From positions 1 to 46,279 of IMG/VR virus record IMGVR_UViG_3300020045_005726: a stretch of 46,279 nt of DNA. One strand, written 5' to 3'. Every line of letters starts with the position of its first letter. Position 1 is the stretch's first letter. Positions 44,344-46,279 of this stretch are shown one piece after another. A model generated the notes under the pieces. The model searched no databases. It was given only the letters and a program-made list of their open reading frames with translations, and was not told the origin of the DNA. This DNA comes from a virus. Lineage: Duplodnaviria > Caudoviricetes. Made by a program: the position numbers and the translations under genes.

Positions 44344-45124
44344 GTGCTGGGGGTGTCCAAGGGTTATTAATATTATCCATCGATCCGAAAAAGGTCGCTG
44401 CTTGCTTCACGTACTCGGTTGACGCCTTGCCAGTGGCTACAACGTAATACTTGTATCGGTCTACAGCGTTGTATAGGTCTTGGTGAGATTTGCCCTCCTT
44501 GACCCGCGCGCCAGCCTTTTGGAATGCCATGCGCTTGTTATCACCGCCCGCCCGGGTTGGGTAGTGCGACCAGATAGCCTCAAACCATTCAGGGTAATCA
44601 GGTTTAGCCTTTGCCGGTTTTACAGGTTCAGCCGGATCGGGATTGCCCAATGTGTCGTTAGGCGCTTGCGCCGAAGGTTTTAATATATTGGTTTCTGGTT
44701 CTTGGTTAGTGGTTAATGGTTCTTGGTTAGGGTTATGTTCGGGTTCGAGTTGGGTTTCTGGTGGAAACCCGCTGGGTTTTGGTTGGGTTTCTTCGCAAGC
44801 CGCGTCTTTCCTAGGTCTCCCGCCCTTAGCACCATTTGACCGATTATTTTTTGCAGTTTTGCGATATTCTTTTAACAAAACGTCACAGCGTTCATGAATG
44901 TAACCCTTGTCAGTTTTGGTAAAGAATTCATCGATAATCTGCTGCGCTATAACCGACTCAGAAGCCATTCGTAACCGGCGAAAAACCGACTGGGTTTCAA
45001 GTGAGATAGGTAGCTCAGAGTCGTAATAGAAGTTTATCAAGCGAAAGTAAATAGCCTCTTCTACCAGCGAAAGGTGAGCGGTGCCCAGGTTCCAATCGGC
45101 TATATTGAATTTGTAGTAATGCAT
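44165..45124 (-). CDS. replication initiator (DUF1376/YdaU-like)
   Basis: 'MHYY.FNI.D....T.HLS..E..IY.RL...YY..E.P', 'NG.KGGRP', 'F..IW..YP.R'. Confidence 0.85.
   Translation of the reverse strand: MHYYKFNIADWNLGTAHLSLVEEAIYFRLINFYYDSELPISLETQSVFRRLRMASESVIAQQIIDEFFTKTDKGYIHERCDVLLKEYRKTAKNNRSNGAKGGRPRKDAACEETQPKPSGFPPETQLEPEHNPNQEPLTTNQEPETNILKPSAQAPNDTLGNPDPAEPVKPAKAKPDYPEWFEAIWSHYPTRAGGDNKRMAFQKAGARVKEGKSHQDLYNAVDRYKYYVVATGKASTEYVKQAATFFGSMDNINNPWTPPALGAQSNAQQPKSAIERFMQNHQSGNQFENFAGGRPAGSRCDEVSQDNLRIVGGDDSPVR
44690..44792. repeat. iteron-like GGTT/GGGTT repeats, candidate replication origin
   Basis: Dense GGTT/GGGTTTC repeats and the palindrome GGGTTTC..GAAACCC inside the initiator gene, as in lambdoid origins. 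Confidence 0.55.
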
Positions 45125-45477
45125 TACGCTCTCACCCTTATGCGCATTTTCTTTGCGAATGAATACTTCTTGCCGCTATTGTTTTTAATCTTCTTGGTCA
45201 TTTCGTGGGTTTTAATCTGATCAGCCCACTGATACCAATCTCCGTTAAAATCTTCGCTTTTCGCCATTTTGAATAGGGCGCGGTTAATGAGGAAATAAAT
45301 ATCCCGCAACCCAGTCTTAAGCGAGTAAAGGCCGCGTTTCTGCGCTCGCTGGGCGAAAATAATAATCATCTGAGGGTTACGCATAGCTTCCCTGTAAATC
45401 AGGGTTACATAGAGCGTACGGGCGCGCCGTAGGTTTTTTCCCTCAAGGGTGAATTTCTTACGCGATTGCTCAAGCAT
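45124..45477 (-). CDS. hypothetical basic protein
   Basis: 117 aa, coupled at both ends. Confidence 0.65.
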   Translation of the reverse strand: MLEQSRKKFTLEGKNLRRARTLYVTLIYREAMRNPQMIIIFAQRAQKRGLYSLKTGLRDIYFLINRALFKMAKSEDFNGDWYQWADQIKTHEMTKKIKNNSGKKYSFAKKMRIRVRA

Positions 45478-46150
45478 GGTGCTTTAACCATAGTTCAGAA
45501 ATCCACTGAATCCCTTTAGGCGTAAACTTTGCCGCCGTATAGTTATGATCGTTGTCGCTAGTGCCCGTTGATGTGTGAAATCGCCCCAGCACGATATGGC
45601 AGCCGTAAGGCACCCAATCGCCGCCCAGCTTGTACATTATTTTTTGTTCGCTAAGGAATGCGCGGAATTGAGTTTCGTTTGCCTTTAGCAGCTTGCACAC
45701 TTGACGAAAGCCCAAGTTACCGGTGGATTGCACGTATCGCTCTACAAACTCCACAGCGGGCTTGGCGATCTCTACATAGTGGATTGCCTTAAGTTCAGAT
45801 TCTTTAGCGTCAGCCCATGCGCGCGCGGCGGCAACAGGGTTATTGAAATCAGGGATTGATAAATTATTTCGTAATTCAAGCTCTTGCCAGCGGTCAACAA
45901 GTGCGGCGGTAAACTCGGGCGATAGCCTGGCAATGATTACCAAGCTGTCACGCTTGTCGCTCAAAAATTCGGGATATTGCTGATTGTTTTGCGGGTTAGT
46001 CCAGTTTGATAGTGTCGTATTTTTTAGGACACCCCCATCTATCAAGGTGCTGATCAATTTCAAAGTGTTGTCGTGTCGCTTATCAGCAAGTTTTGATAGC
46101 TCACGGCTTGACATTGTTAATGCGGCTTTGCTTTGAATAACTTGAAGCAT
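45470..46150 (-). CDS. Rha-family / antirepressor (ANT C-terminal) protein
   Basis: 'TMSSREL..L..KRHDN', 'FTAALVDRWQELE', 'ARAWAD', 'P.V.FV..YV', 'FTPKG..W'; start reassigned to ATG 46150. Confidence 0.85.
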   Translation of the reverse strand: MLQVIQSKAALTMSSRELSKLADKRHDNTLKLISTLIDGGVLKNTTLSNWTNPQNNQQYPEFLSDKRDSLVIIARLSPEFTAALVDRWQELELRNNLSIPDFNNPVAAARAWADAKESELKAIHYVEIAKPAVEFVERYVQSTGNLGFRQVCKLLKANETQFRAFLSEQKIMYKLGGDWVPYGCHIVLGRFHTSTGTSDNDHNYTAAKFTPKGIQWISELWLKHHA

Positions 46151-46169
46151 AAATTTACCCCATAAAAAA

Positions 46170-46254
46170 ACCGTTTGTAGAAGCTGGGTGGTGATCCTTG
46201 TTCGCACATGGGAGAGAAAGCCCACGAACAAGAAAGCCAGCTTTTACAAACGGT
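46170..46254. ncRNA. long nested hairpin in the leader of the Rha/ant gene
   Basis: ACCGTTTGTAGAAGCTGG/CCAGCTTTTACAAACGGT, inner CTTGTTCG/CGAACAAG, apical TGGG/CCCA. Confidence 0.5.
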
Positions 46255-46279
46255 CTGGTTTCCTCTTGATTTGTGTATA

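Overview
This window is a ~46 kb tailed-phage genome, siphovirus-like and complete or nearly so. The host is probably a gammaproteobacterium, inferred from RdgC, NinB and lambdoid-style replication genes. The + strand (1-24.2 kb) carries packaging, head, tail and lysis genes. The - strand (24.2-46.3 kb) carries accessory, recombination, methylase and replication genes. No integrase or CI-type repressor is recognisable. Four observations stand out. (1) 26.17-30.28 kb is an integrase-less array of nine integron-type cassettes. Each is closed by an attC hairpin whose R'' box is the exact 7/7 complement of the preceding R' box, and every cassette gene is inverted relative to its attC. (2) The MuF/gp7 head protein carries an Ala1 intein whose central region appears to encode a DUF559/Vsr-like endonuclease on the antisense strand. 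(3) The portal carries a C-terminal Acb1-like 2H phosphoesterase (anti-CBASS) behind a candidate protease site. (4) There is a duplicated tail-tube gene, a catalytically dead and frameshifted DEDDh exonuclease, a dual-frame C5 methyltransferase and several candidate structured RNAs and operators. All family assignments come from motif recognition by eye; no searches were run.
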